Below are positions 40,728 to 50,731 of a DNA stretch of 64,000 nt, piece by piece. The stretch's first letter is position 1, and the number at the start of each line of letters is the position of its first letter. Below the pieces are notes generated by a model that did not search any database, was not told the DNA's origin, and saw only the letters and a program-made list of their open reading frames with translations. Both the position numbers and the translations under genes were made by a program. Source of the stretch: Candidatus Marinacidobacterales bacterium (GTDB lineage: Bacteria; Acidobacteriota; Vicinamibacteria; Marinacidobacterales; SMYC01); assembly GCA_965237955.1 (NCBI GenBank), contig OZ250169.1:2208001-2272000 (forward strand), read 5' to 3'.

Positions 40728-41042
40728 ATGATGCAATCTTTCGTCGCCACAGTCTTCGTCATCTCGAGCTCGACCGCGGTCTCGCCCGCCGCGAGCCAGT
40801 CGGGCCTCGCCCAAGAGCTCGATGAAGCGAAAGCTCTTTACCAGAGCGCCAACTTCATTCGTGCAATGCAAGCGCTCGGGGCCGTCGTCCGTGTGCTCGA
40901 CGGCCCGAGGTCTCTTCTATATGAGACGGGCGGAATCGCTTCCTTCCAACCGCCAACCTGCCTTCAGCCACATCCAAGGCTGACGGAGGCGTTCGCCCGG
41001 TGTCACGCGGCGGCATTCGATTCTCGGCCGCCAGCAACTTAG
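40728..41042 (+). pseudogene. Probable truncated secreted protein
   Basis: A signal-like N-terminus and helical LDEAKALYQSANF segment are followed by loss of protein-like character. Confidence 0.35.
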
Positions 41043-41062
41043 AATCCTAGGTTGAGTCTGGC

Positions 41063-42142
41063 ATGAGAGAGTCTTTGCGGAACGCGACCTCGGTGGTCGT
41101 CAAGATCGGCACGACGAGCCTTTTGGACGCCCGCGGTATGCTCGATCTCCCGGTAATCGCGCGGCATCTCCGGGACCTCGTCGCGTTGAACCGCTCCGGA
41201 ATGCGCACCGTTCTCGTTTCCTCCGGCGCCGTGGGCGCGGGCTGTGTGTGGCTGCAACAGGGCAAGCGTCCGGTGACCATCCCGGAGCTTCAAGGGGCCG
41301 CCGCGGTCGGGCAGTCGATCCTGATGAACGCTTACAACACTTTGCTTTCCCAGGAGGGCTACGCGGTCGCCCAGTTGCTGTTGACGCACGAGGACTTCAA
41401 GAGTCGCGAGCGCTACTTGAACATCCGCAACACCCTGGCAGCGCTTCACGACAAACCGGTGCTGCCGGTTTTCAACGAAAACGATACCGTGGCAACGGAG
41501 GAGATTCGTTTTGGCGACAACGACATGCTCGCCGCGCTCGTCGCCGGCCTCATCGACGCGGACGTCACCGTGTTGTTCTCGGACGTCGACGGTTTCAACC
41601 TGAACGATACCGTGCTCGACGAAGTCCACACGATCACAGCCGACATGGAGAAGGCCGCCGGACCCGGAACCGGCAGCGGTGGCATGGTCACGAAGCTTCG
41701 CGCCGCCCAACACGTGACTCGTGCCGGTGGGTTCCTCGTCGTCGCCAACGGCAAGACCCACACACTGACCTCGATCCTCGACGGCGAGCGTGTGGGAACC
41801 CTTTTTGCTCCGAGGGGTGACCTCGACTCTCGCTCACGGTGGGTGCACGCGCTCGCGGAATCGGGCACGTTGGCCATCGATGCCGGCGGCGCCCGCGCGC
41901 TGCGCGAGCGGGGGAAAAGCCTCCTCCCTGTCGGCGTCACTTCGTGCGAGGGCTCCTTCGAGGTGGGCGACGTCGTCATCGTCGTCGGTCCGGACGGCCC
42001 GATGGCGAAAGGGTTGGTGAACTATCGCGCCGACGACGTACGCCGCATCCTCGGCAAGAAGACGAGTGAGATTGAAACGACGCTGGGACAAAAAGAGTTC
42101 GACGAGATCATCCATCGCGACAATTTGGTGTTGCTGCAATGA
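41063..42142 (+). CDS. proB: Glutamate 5-kinase
   Basis: VVKIGT, VSSGAV, NENDTV, FGDNDML and GGMVTKL motifs, plus a C-terminal PUA domain. Confidence 0.97.
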   Translation: MRESLRNATSVVVKIGTTSLLDARGMLDLPVIARHLRDLVALNRSGMRTVLVSSGAVGAGCVWLQQGKRPVTIPELQGAAAVGQSILMNAYNTLLSQEGYAVAQLLLTHEDFKSRERYLNIRNTLAALHDKPVLPVFNENDTVATEEIRFGDNDMLAALVAGLIDADVTVLFSDVDGFNLNDTVLDEVHTITADMEKAAGPGTGSGGMVTKLRAAQHVTRAGGFLVVANGKTHTLTSILDGERVGTLFAPRGDLDSRSRWVHALAESGTLAIDAGGARALRERGKSLLPVGVTSCEGSFEVGDVVIVVGPDGPMAKGLVNYRADDVRRILGKKTSEIETTLGQKEFDEIIHRDNLVLLQ

Positions 42143-43326
42143 CGATGACCCAGCTTGCGCAAAACGCCAGAAAAGCAGCTCGCTCCCTCAGAACGATGAG
42201 CACGGTACCTAAGAATGAAGCGCTCTTCGCAATGGCGACGGCGCTCCGTGAACACCGGCACGATATCGAAGCCGCCAACGAAGAGGATCGCAAGAGAGAT
42301 CTTCCTGCTGCCAAGAAAGAACGCTTGCGCGTAGACGTTGACGCGATTGCCGAGAGCCTCGACGCCATCGCCAAGCTACCGGATCCCGTCGGTCGCACGG
42401 AAACCCGCGAGCCCGCGGGCGAGTTCCAGCTGAAGCGACAACGGGTGCCGCTCGGCGTGATCCTGATGATCTTCGAGTCCCGCCCGAACGTGACGCCGGA
42501 AGCGGGAGCGCTCTGTCTCAAATCCGGCAACGCCGTCATCCTGAAAGGCGGCTCCGAAGCGCGCCACACCAACGAGGCCATGATGCGCGCCATGGAGGGG
42601 ACGTTCCCCGATGGCGCGATTCAACTCGTGAGCGGTGGTCACGACGAGATCGGTGAGCTTCTCGGACTCGAAGAGCTGATCGATCTCGTCATTCCACGAG
42701 GTGGAGAAGGGCTCATCCGAGCGGTGGCGGCACAGTCGAAGATTCCAGTGTTGAAGCACTACCGGGGAAACTGTCACGTCTACGTGGACGCTGCCGCGGA
42801 CCTCGACATGGCTTATCGCGTCGTCGAAAACGCGAAGTGCCAGCGGCCGGCGACATGCAACGCTGCCGAGAAAGTCCTGATCCATCGTGACATCGCAGAG
42901 CAGTTCGTGCCCCGGTTAGCCGATCTCGGCGTCGAGCTACGCGGAGACGAGGCCGCGCGAGGACTGCTCGACATGAAATTGGCCACGGAAGAAGACTGGC
43001 CGGAAGAATACTTGGACCTCGTGCTCGGCGTGAAGGTAGTCGCGAGCCTGGACGATGCCATCGATCACATCGAGCACTATGGCTCGCGCCACACCGATGC
43101 GATCATCACCGAAGACCGAGCGGCCGCCGAGCGCTTTTTAGGGGAAGTCGATTCGGCCACGGTGCTCTGGAACGCGTCCACACGACTCGCGGATGGGGGG
43201 ATCTTCGGCCTCGGCGCCGAAGTCGGGATCTCGACCGACAAGCTTCACGCCCGAGGCCCCATGGGTCTCGAAGAGCTCACCACCTACAAGTGGGTAGTCG
43301 AGGGTCAAGGAAACTTGCGACAATAG
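42139..43326 (+). CDS. proA: Glutamate-5-semialdehyde dehydrogenase
   Basis: FESRPNVT, CNAAE and NASTR...GAEVGISTDKLHARGPMGL motifs. Confidence 0.97.
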   Translation: MTMTQLAQNARKAARSLRTMSTVPKNEALFAMATALREHRHDIEAANEEDRKRDLPAAKKERLRVDVDAIAESLDAIAKLPDPVGRTETREPAGEFQLKRQRVPLGVILMIFESRPNVTPEAGALCLKSGNAVILKGGSEARHTNEAMMRAMEGTFPDGAIQLVSGGHDEIGELLGLEELIDLVIPRGGEGLIRAVAAQSKIPVLKHYRGNCHVYVDAAADLDMAYRVVENAKCQRPATCNAAEKVLIHRDIAEQFVPRLADLGVELRGDEAARGLLDMKLATEEDWPEEYLDLVLGVKVVASLDDAIDHIEHYGSRHTDAIITEDRAAAERFLGEVDSATVLWNASTRLADGGIFGLGAEVGISTDKLHARGPMGLEELTTYKWVVEGQGNLRQ

Positions 43327-43356
43327 CCACGCAGTCACCTCGAGGAAGGGCGGCAG

Positions 43357-43886
43357 ATGGAATTCCTCTGGCAGGACGTTCGCTACAGTACCCGTAGCCT
43401 GCTGAGAACTCGGGGGCTCACCGCGCTCGTACTGCTCCTGATGGTGCTCATCTCGGGCCTCACCGTCGTCGTCTTCACGTTTCTCAACGCCGCACTCCTC
43501 CGAGCGTTGCCGTTTGCGGACGCGGATCGCCTGGTCATCGTTTTGGAAGCCCACCCGCGGCGCGGCCGTGACGGTGGTGGCCTTCGACCGGCAAATTTCC
43601 TCGATTGGAAATCGCAGAACGCTTGCTTCGAGGGACCGACTGCCGTCCCCAAGTTAGCGCAGGCAGAGCTCAGGGGTGAGAGCGGAGCTCAGCTTGTCGA
43701 CGTGCGCCTCACGCTCGAGGACTTTTTCCAGGTTCTCGGCGTACGACCCTTCCTCGGACGTGCGTTTGACGCAGACGATATGGTGGCGTTGCATTCCTCG
43801 TCGCGGCAACGGCGCTCGTGTCGTGCTACCTGCCCGCGCGCCTCGCCTCGCACGTCGACCCCGCAGAGGCGTTGCGCACGGACTAA
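43357..43886 (+). pseudogene. ADOP/MacB-type ABC permease relic (N-terminus joined to the last helix)
   Basis: MEFLWQDVRYSTRSL...FFQVLGVRPFLGRAF is followed in another frame by CYLPARLASHVDPAEALRTD*. About 530 bp remain of an expected ~2.4 kb. Confidence 0.8.
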
Positions 43887-43898
43887 TTAGTGCCTAGC

Positions 43899-45223
43899 TC
43901 ACGCGTCAGCAGTCCGGCGCCAAGGCGATCCGACAATCAGCGCGGCTCCGCCGAGCACGACAGCGACGGGGACGATCCGACGCCCGAGCGCTCCTTCCGC
44001 TCCGATACCACCCAACGCCAGCATCACGACCCCGGCGCAAACTCCGACTGCGCCCGCGATGGCGCGCCACGCGGGAACCGAGGCAGCGGCACCCTTTCTC
44101 GCCGTTTGTTCGAAGCGGCCGAAGACGGGGACGAAGATCGCAAGACCCGCCGCGTAGATCGCTATCCACATCGGGCGCGTCGCCCACCAGCTCCACGTTC
44201 CCGGTCGAAGATGGAGGCCCACGTCGCCCAACAGGTGAGCCAAACCGATGACGAGGACCATCACCGTGAGGTGCCACAAGTAGAGCGTCATGATCGTCCC
44301 GTTGACGAGGACGGTCGCTGTCCATGGCCCGAGTCGTTGCAGCCATCGACGAAACGGTTTTTCCAGAGCGAACACCAAACCGCCTTGGAAAATTCCGAGA
44401 GCGAACATCGCGAACGTCGGGGGTCTCGAGTTCGACACCGCTTCGCCGGGGACGGTGATCATGCTGATCGGATAGTCGGCCACGGTGACGAGAAAGATCA
44501 GCGTTCCGAGACCTCCTGTGACCCAAAGCCAGGCGCGCTCGGCGCCGGCGGTTTTTCCAGCGCGCCACAGGTACCCGAGCTGATGCACGCCGAGCCAAAT
44601 GAACGCGTAGTTGATCCAACGAAGTCCGGAGACGTCGGCGCGAAAGGCGATCGTATCGACTATCAAAGCGCCGAACGCGAGCATCCAGAAAGATGCCGCA
44701 CCGAACCGCCGAAAAACCAATGCGTGGCCGGTGCCGTGATCGCTACCATGATGTAGACCGCAAGGAACCAAGTCGGGATGAGCGCCGCTTGCGAGCCGAT
44801 ACGGATCATCTCCGGGTGGACGCCGAGCTGGTGCGCGATCACAGCGATGGCCGACCACGTCAAAAGAAGCGGGACGAGTGGGCCGACCAACCGTCTCAGC
44901 CGCGTGCCGATCCAAACCGCGTAGTCTTTGCCGTCCCGCCGCGCGGCCTCCCAGGAAATGCCGTTCGAGTAACCTCCGACGATGAAGAAGATCGGCATGA
45001 CCTGGAGAACCCACGTGAGCCACTGCGTCCACGGCGCAAGGCTCAACATGTCGCCAAGCTGGAGCTGACCATCGTCGGAGACGTACGCCGCCGCCACCGA
45101 CCAGTGGCCGAGCACGACAATGGTAATGGAAGCGGCGCGTAGAAAATCGACGTAGCGGTTGCGCGTTTCCGGCGTGCGCTCGGCGAGAGTCCTGGCTCGA
45201 GACCACACTGTCGGCTTGGACAT
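43899..45223 (-). pseudogene. Acyltransferase-3-family membrane protein with a frameshift near 44715
   Basis: RNRYVDFLRA..VVLGHW and QVMPIFFIVGG are in one frame; NSRPPT and MTLYLWH are in another. Confidence 0.82.
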
Positions 45224-45339
45224 GGCGCACCGCCCTCCGCGGCTAAAGAAAGGATTTCAAGAAGAATAGGACACTCGAGACCTCTAGGGCAAGCCGGGCA
45301 ACACCAAAATCAGATAAGCTCGCGACGCAAGAGGTGACG

Positions 45340-45905
45340 ATGCTCCACAATTTTGGCCGCGGCGTGATCGGACTCGTGTTCGGTTTTTTTTCCTGACTCT
45401 CCCGAGCTACGCCGCCCAGAAGGTCATCCCCCAAAAAGTCATCATTGACACCGACCCGGAGTCGACGACGCGCTGGCCATTATCTTCGCCTTTCACTCAA
45501 CGGAGCTCGAGGTCCTCGGCCTGACGACGATTTTCGCCAACGTCGAGACAGAGCTGACGCTCAACTCCCTTCGCCTGGTCGAGATGAGCGGCAAGAACAT
45601 CCCGGTCGCCGAAGGCGCGGTCAAGCCCGTGTACATGCTATCGCTCCGTCGGCGCCACGAACGGTTTCTACGCGCACGATCCGACCGCCATGGCCTTCGT
45701 CGTCGATCGGAGTCTATTTCGAACGGAAGCTAGAGCGGTGCGAGTCATCACCGGTGGCATGGCCATCCGCGAAGTGATCGCCGCCACCGAGCGTCACTAA
45801 AGCCAACCCGGCCCGTGGTACAACATCCCCAAAGCCAACATCACCATGGAAGTCGACGGCCAGGGCGTTTTGGATCTCATCGAAAAGACGATCACAGACC
45901 GGTAG
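45340..45905 (+). pseudogene. Inosine-uridine nucleoside hydrolase relic
   Basis: IIDTDPG/VDDALA, LGLTTIFANV, IPVAEGA and HDPTA fragments lie across several frames, with a large internal deletion. Confidence 0.75.
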
Positions 45906-45969
45906 ACGTACCTCATCTACCCGGTGTGTTGCCAGATCGCATAGAATCCCCGCCTGGGAGAATGAGCTG

Positions 45970-47592
45970 ATGAAGGACACACTAATAATGAAGCTACAAA
46001 ACGGCTGCTGGGCGCTCGGACTTTTGGCGCTCTCGGTATCCGCATCGGCCGCAGAGTCGCTGGACGCCTCTCCGGACGCTCGGCTCGATGAGCTGAAGCG
46101 CGAAGCCTCGGCGGAAGTCGAGAGCATGCGGAAATTTACCCAGGTCGCGGTCGACACGATCTTCAGCTACGGCGAGCTCGGTTTTCAAGAGTTCGAGACG
46201 TCACGCTACCTAACCGGATTACTCGCCGAGAATGGCTTCGACGTAGAAATGGGGATGGCGGGCATGCCCACCGCGTGGATGGCGCGTTGGGGATCGGGAG
46301 AGCCCGTCATCGCGTTCGGGAGCGATATCGACGGCATTCCCAAGTCGTCTCAAAAGCCAGGTGTCGCTTACCACGACCCGATCATCGAGGGTGCGCCCGG
46401 GCACGGTGAGGGACACAACTCAGGCCAGGCGGTCAACGTTACGGCTGCACTCGTTCTGAAGAAGATCATGGAGCGCGAGGGAATTCCGGGAACACTCATT
46501 CTCTGGCCTGGAGTTGCGGAAGAGCAGCTCGGATCGAAAGCGTGGTTCGTGAGGGACGGCTACTTCAAAAACGTCGATGCATGTGTGTTCACGCACGTCG
46601 GCCGCAACTTGGAAACGAGCTGGGGCCAGAAAAGCGGCAACGGGCTCGTGTCGGTGGAATACACGTTCCGGGGCGAGTCGTCCCATTCGGCGGGCGCGCC
46701 GTGGAGCGGTAGGAGCGCTCTCGACGGGGTCGAGCTCATGAACGCCGCCATGAACGCACGTCGTGAGCACTTGCGGCTTTCGCAGCGAACCCACTACGTC
46801 ATTACCAACGGCGGTGACCAGCCGAACGTCGTGCCCTCGGTCGCTTCCGTCTGGTATTACTTCAGAGAGCTCGATCAGCCGAACATCCAGCGCTTGTTCG
46901 AAATCGGCAACCAAGCTGCCAAAGCGGCCGCGATGATGACGGACACGGAAGTGGAGTGGCGCATTCTCGGCACCGCTTACCCGGGCCACTTCAACAAAGC
47001 GATCGCCGAAGCGCTGTACGAGAATATTCAAGTCGTGGGACTTCCACAGTGGAGCGAAGCGGATCAGAGATTGGCGAAAGCGCTTCAAAAAGAGATGGGC
47101 GCCGAGCCCGACGGGCTCGCGACCGAGCTTGCCGAGCTCACCGGGCCTGCTAAGGAGCCTCGGACCGGCGGCGGCTCGGACGATATCGGGGATATTTCTT
47201 GGAACGTGCCCACGGTAACGCTTCGGTTCCCGTCCAACTTCCAGACGGGCGGGGGCGGCCATCACTGGTCGAGCGCGGTCGCGATGGCGACTCCGATCGC
47301 TCACAAGGGCGCGACCGCCGGCGCCAAAGTCATGGCGATGACGGCACTCGACCTGTATCTGAACCCTGCCGTTCTCGAGGAGGCGCGCGCATACTTCCGC
47401 AACGTCCAAACCAAGGATCACGAGTACGCGCCTTTCATCTCCGACGACGATTTGCCGGCGATTCACCTCAACGAGGAGATCATGGCCAGGTATCGCGACG
47501 AAATGAAGATGTACTATTACGATTCCGACAAGTACGATACGTACTTGGAGCAGCTCGGTATCGACTACCCCACGGTTCGAGAAGAAAACTAG
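45970..47592 (+). CDS. Secreted M20D amidohydrolase (AbgB-like)
   Basis: ELGFQEFETS, GHGEGHN, AEE, GRSALD, GGDQPNVVP and GSDDIGDISW motifs. Confidence 0.88.
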   Translation: MKDTLIMKLQNGCWALGLLALSVSASAAESLDASPDARLDELKREASAEVESMRKFTQVAVDTIFSYGELGFQEFETSRYLTGLLAENGFDVEMGMAGMPTAWMARWGSGEPVIAFGSDIDGIPKSSQKPGVAYHDPIIEGAPGHGEGHNSGQAVNVTAALVLKKIMEREGIPGTLILWPGVAEEQLGSKAWFVRDGYFKNVDACVFTHVGRNLETSWGQKSGNGLVSVEYTFRGESSHSAGAPWSGRSALDGVELMNAAMNARREHLRLSQRTHYVITNGGDQPNVVPSVASVWYYFRELDQPNIQRLFEIGNQAAKAAAMMTDTEVEWRILGTAYPGHFNKAIAEALYENIQVVGLPQWSEADQRLAKALQKEMGAEPDGLATELAELTGPAKEPRTGGGSDDIGDISWNVPTVTLRFPSNFQTGGGGHHWSSAVAMATPIAHKGATAGAKVMAMTALDLYLNPAVLEEARAYFRNVQTKDHEYAPFISDDDLPAIHLNEEIMARYRDEMKMYYYDSDKYDTYLEQLGIDYPTVREEN

Positions 47593-47641
47593 TGGCGGGA
47601 TCCGCCGCCGGTTGCGTAGTCCTAGACGAAGGAGAGTCACC

Positions 47642-48469
47642 ATGACGGTCGCGCTTCCCAAAGCACCAGCGGTGGATCGCGAGTCGCTTAGAGCCGCAAT
47701 CCGCGAGGAATATCAGGAAGTTGCAAGGGAGCCCGGCAAGGGCTTTCACTTTCATACCGGACGTCGTCTTGCCGCCATTCTCGGCTACGACGAATCGTTG
47801 TTCGCGGGTGTACCGGAGACATCCATCGAGTCGTTCGCGGGAACCGGCAACCCGTTCAGTTTGGGAGCTCTCGATCCAGGAGAAAACGTCGTCGACATCG
47901 GCTGCGGCGCCGGTATCGACAGCCTCATCGCCGCACGCATGGTCGCGCCAAACGGCAAGGTCATCGGGATCGACATGACCCCCGCCATGCTCGACAAGGC
48001 AGAAAACGCTCGGCAAGAGGCAGGCGTAACCAACGCGGAGTTCAAAGAAGGCTACGGCGAGAAGCTCCCCGTGTCCGATGGGTGGGCCGATGTCGTGATC
48101 TCGAACGCTGCTTTCAACCTCATGCCCGACAAGCTGGCGGCGCTGAGAGAAATGTCGCGGGTGTTGAAGCCCGGCGGACGATTGCAGCTCGCCGACATCC
48201 TCGTTGAAAAGCCTGTGAACGAGAAAGCCAAGGAGCGCATCGACCTCTGGACTGGGTGAATCGCCGGCGCTCTGCTGGAAGCAGAGCTCGAGGCGGCGGT
48301 TGGCTCGACGGGTTTCGAGGGTTTCGAGATTACCTGGCGGGAGGAAGTTTTCCGCGACGCACCGCAACAATCGAGCGCGGCGAGCTTCGTTACTCTCGGC
48401 ATCAACTTCCGAGCACGGAAGCCGTCATTAGCTCGGCATCAATCAACGGCGACCCCTGAGTATCTTTAG
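47642..48469 (+). CDS. ArsM-like SAM methyltransferase, predicted selenoprotein (Sec206 at TGA 48257-48259; 275 aa)
   Basis: Contains DIGCGAGID, GIDMT and VLKPGG. Reading through the TGA gives LWTG-U-IAGAL (ArsM W-x-G-C-I-A-G-A-L) and 69 more sense codons ending 10 bp before the convergent metC stop. A SECIS-like hairpin follows. Confidence 0.82.
48262..48295 (+). promoter_or_regulatory. Candidate bacterial SECIS element
   Basis: The stem GCTCTGC/GCAGAGC (48269-48287) has a TGGAA loop preceded by 16 nt after the TGA; lower stem CGCC/GGCG. Confidence 0.7.
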
Positions 48470-48479
48470 CCCAGCTCGC

Positions 48480-49631
48480 TCAGCCGACGCGGTCGAGGGC
48501 GTCTTCTAGATCGCGCGTCATCACATCGACGTCCTCGAGTCCGACACTCAGTCGAATGATGGTCCGGCCTTCATAGCGGAACGGATGCACGCGGTCGGTG
48601 ATGCGCTCAGCTTTGATAAGGCTTTGAAAGCCTCCCCAGCTCAAGCCGATGGCGAAGACCTGCAGCGGGTCGAGAAACGTCGAGAGCTGCGCGCGCGAGA
48701 GCTCTCTTTCGAGGATGAACCCGAACACACCCGTGGCTCCGGTCATGTCGCGTCGCCACACGTCGTGCTCTGGATCGCTCTCGAGCGCCGGGTGGATCAC
48801 GGTCTCGACCGCAGGATGCTCGTCGAGCCACTTCGCGAGCTCGAGCGCCGATGCCTGGTGCCGAGCCAGACGCAAAGGTAACGATCGAAGTCCTTTCAAG
48901 GCCGAGTAACAGCTCTCGGGCGAAGCGAAATGCTCAGTCGATTCATAGAAGGAGTGGAGCTCTTGGAATCGTTCCTCGTTGGTCGTGATCACTCCCAGCA
49001 GGGTGTCGGAGTGGCCTGCGATATATTTGCTTCCCGAGTGGATCGAAATGTCCACACCGTGCTCGAACGGTTTGAAGTAGATCGGTGTCGCCCAGGTGTT
49101 GTCGAGGACGGTCACGATGTCCTTCGGCCGCACGACGTCGACGACCGCGCGGACGTCTTGGAGCTCGAAAGTATTGGAGCCAGGGGACTCGAGATACACG
49201 AGCTTGGTGTTCCGTTTTATGAAGCGCTCCACATCGGCGCCGATGGTAGGCGGCAAGTACTCGACCTCGACTCGATATTTCGCCAGAACGCGGTCACAAA
49301 AATCGCGAGTCGGACCGTAGACGTTGTCGCTTACCAGGATATGGTCATCGCTTCTCGTGAATGCCATCAAGACCGTCTCGATGGCATCGAAACCCGAGTG
49401 GCACACCCGGCATGCGTAGCCGCCTTCGAGCTCCGCCAACGCCCGTTCGAGCTCGAGCTGTACCGGCGAGCCGAACGTTCCGTAGAGCTTTCCGTGAAAG
49501 GGTTTTTGGTCGGCCTCGATAAACGCCTCGTAGCTCTCGTACAAGACCGTAGACGCTCGATGCACCGGAGGATTGATCGTGTGAAACGGATCCGCCTGGT
49601 GAAACTTCTTGTTCTTTTCGTTCTCTACCAT
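48480..49631 (-). CDS. metC: Cystathionine beta-lyase (PLP-dependent)
   Basis: NPPVHRASTV, ESPGSNTFE, DNTWAT, HSGSKYIAGHSD, GLSWGGFQSL and RLSVGLED motifs. Confidence 0.9.
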   Translation of the reverse strand: MVENEKNKKFHQADPFHTINPPVHRASTVLYESYEAFIEADQKPFHGKLYGTFGSPVQLELERALAELEGGYACRVCHSGFDAIETVLMAFTRSDDHILVSDNVYGPTRDFCDRVLAKYRVEVEYLPPTIGADVERFIKRNTKLVYLESPGSNTFELQDVRAVVDVVRPKDIVTVLDNTWATPIYFKPFEHGVDISIHSGSKYIAGHSDTLLGVITTNEERFQELHSFYESTEHFASPESCYSALKGLRSLPLRLARHQASALELAKWLDEHPAVETVIHPALESDPEHDVWRRDMTGATGVFGFILERELSRAQLSTFLDPLQVFAIGLSWGGFQSLIKAERITDRVHPFRYEGRTIIRLSVGLEDVDVMTRDLEDALDRVG

Positions 49632-49733
49632 GGGGCTCGCCGCGGCAATACTGCACGAAGACCAGCTCGAGCATCAAGCTGCCGGGCTTTCCAGATCGGA
49701 TGTTTCTCGTCCCGACCCATCCGCTGAGCCGGA

Positions 49734-50246
49734 CTAGTCGACGATGCCGGTCTCCGAGCGATAGTAGCCTTCGATCGTCAATTGTTTGATTTGTGTGAGA
49801 AAGGCGTAACCCTTTGGCTCGTGGGATCGGCTCGTGTCCGAGATTGCCGCGAGCAACCGGTGTTGCTGGTCGCGGTCGAGCTCGGTGAAAGGTTTCCGCA
49901 TCGATCGGGAGACATGCTCGTCGAGCCACGAGAGCCCTTCGTTGAAACTGGTTTGGACAGCTGGCTCGGCTCGACTGAGAGCGAGGTCGATGTACTCGAG
50001 GACCGCCCCATCACGAGCGCCGGGGGGCCAAGGCCCGAGGATGACACATTCGGACAGACTGGCGACGGTCTCGACGTCCCCAGGTTCGAGAAACCGTGGC
50101 TGCCACGACGCTCCCGCGGCTACCCGGACGAGCGGGTCGTTTCTCAAAGCAGGGGGGACAAGCGGGAGCGCGGATGCGGAACCGAGAAAGCGTAACGCTT
50201 CCCGCCGGCTGAAACCGGAGCCCTGTCGGTGTTTTCCGGACGGCAT
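49734..50246 (-). CDS. Gluconate 2-dehydrogenase subunit 3-family Tat protein (possibly 3'-truncated)
   Basis: SRREAL Tat motif, PGARD, F-x-EL-x-x-x-QQ and LTIEGYYRSE. Confidence 0.7.
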   Translation of the reverse strand: MPSGKHRQGSGFSRREALRFLGSASALPLVPPALRNDPLVRVAAGASWQPRFLEPGDVETVASLSECVILGPWPPGARDGAVLEYIDLALSRAEPAVQTSFNEGLSWLDEHVSRSMRKPFTELDRDQQHRLLAAISDTSRSHEPKGYAFLTQIKQLTIEGYYRSETGIVD

Positions 50247-50306
50247 GGTTTGCCTCCTTAGCTACAGCACCAGTCGGGAACTCGAATGGCTTACTGTATG
50301 TTGGCC

Positions 50307-50609
50307 CTAGGTTCGATCGCAAGCGACGTAGGCGTCGATGACAGCGCGCTCGCCCGCCTTGCCGGGCATCGAGTTGCCGTGCTCCATGCCGACGATACCT
50401 CGATACCCCTTGGCCTCGTCGTGCATGAACCGGAGCTGGTCGACCCGATCCTCGCCGGCGTGATGCCGGAACATCCCGAAATGCGGAGCGTAGTCGAGGC
50501 CAAACCGCGTGCTTCCAGCAGACTGCGCGCCGCCGCCCCATGGGGGCCACGCCGGAAGCGCCGCCGCCAGGGTCGAGACCCCCGTACCGAGAAATGCTCT
50601 CCGGTGCAC
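50307..50609 (-). pseudogene. Hydroxypyruvate-isomerase-like TIM-barrel relic (in-frame internal deletion)
   Basis: Tat RRAFL plus YAPHFGMFRHHAG...DQLRFMHDE is directly fused to the terminal KGYRGIVGMEHGNS...IDAYVACD. Confidence 0.7.
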
Positions 50610-50731
50610 GGGGGCTATTCGTATCAGTCTTCTACACGCCGGTCAACGTCGCTCGGTCTCGTTGTTTTCGACGGTTGCGGATCGGTCAGGCGTCGACGAC
50701 AATGGCGCCGCGCCGCCACAAGGGAGGGGAC

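Noticed and set aside
48256-48459. Separate 67-aa ORF starting at the GTGA overlap after the methyltransferase
   Set aside because: The Arg/Ser-rich product is not protein-like, whereas the readthrough frame matches the ArsM motif.
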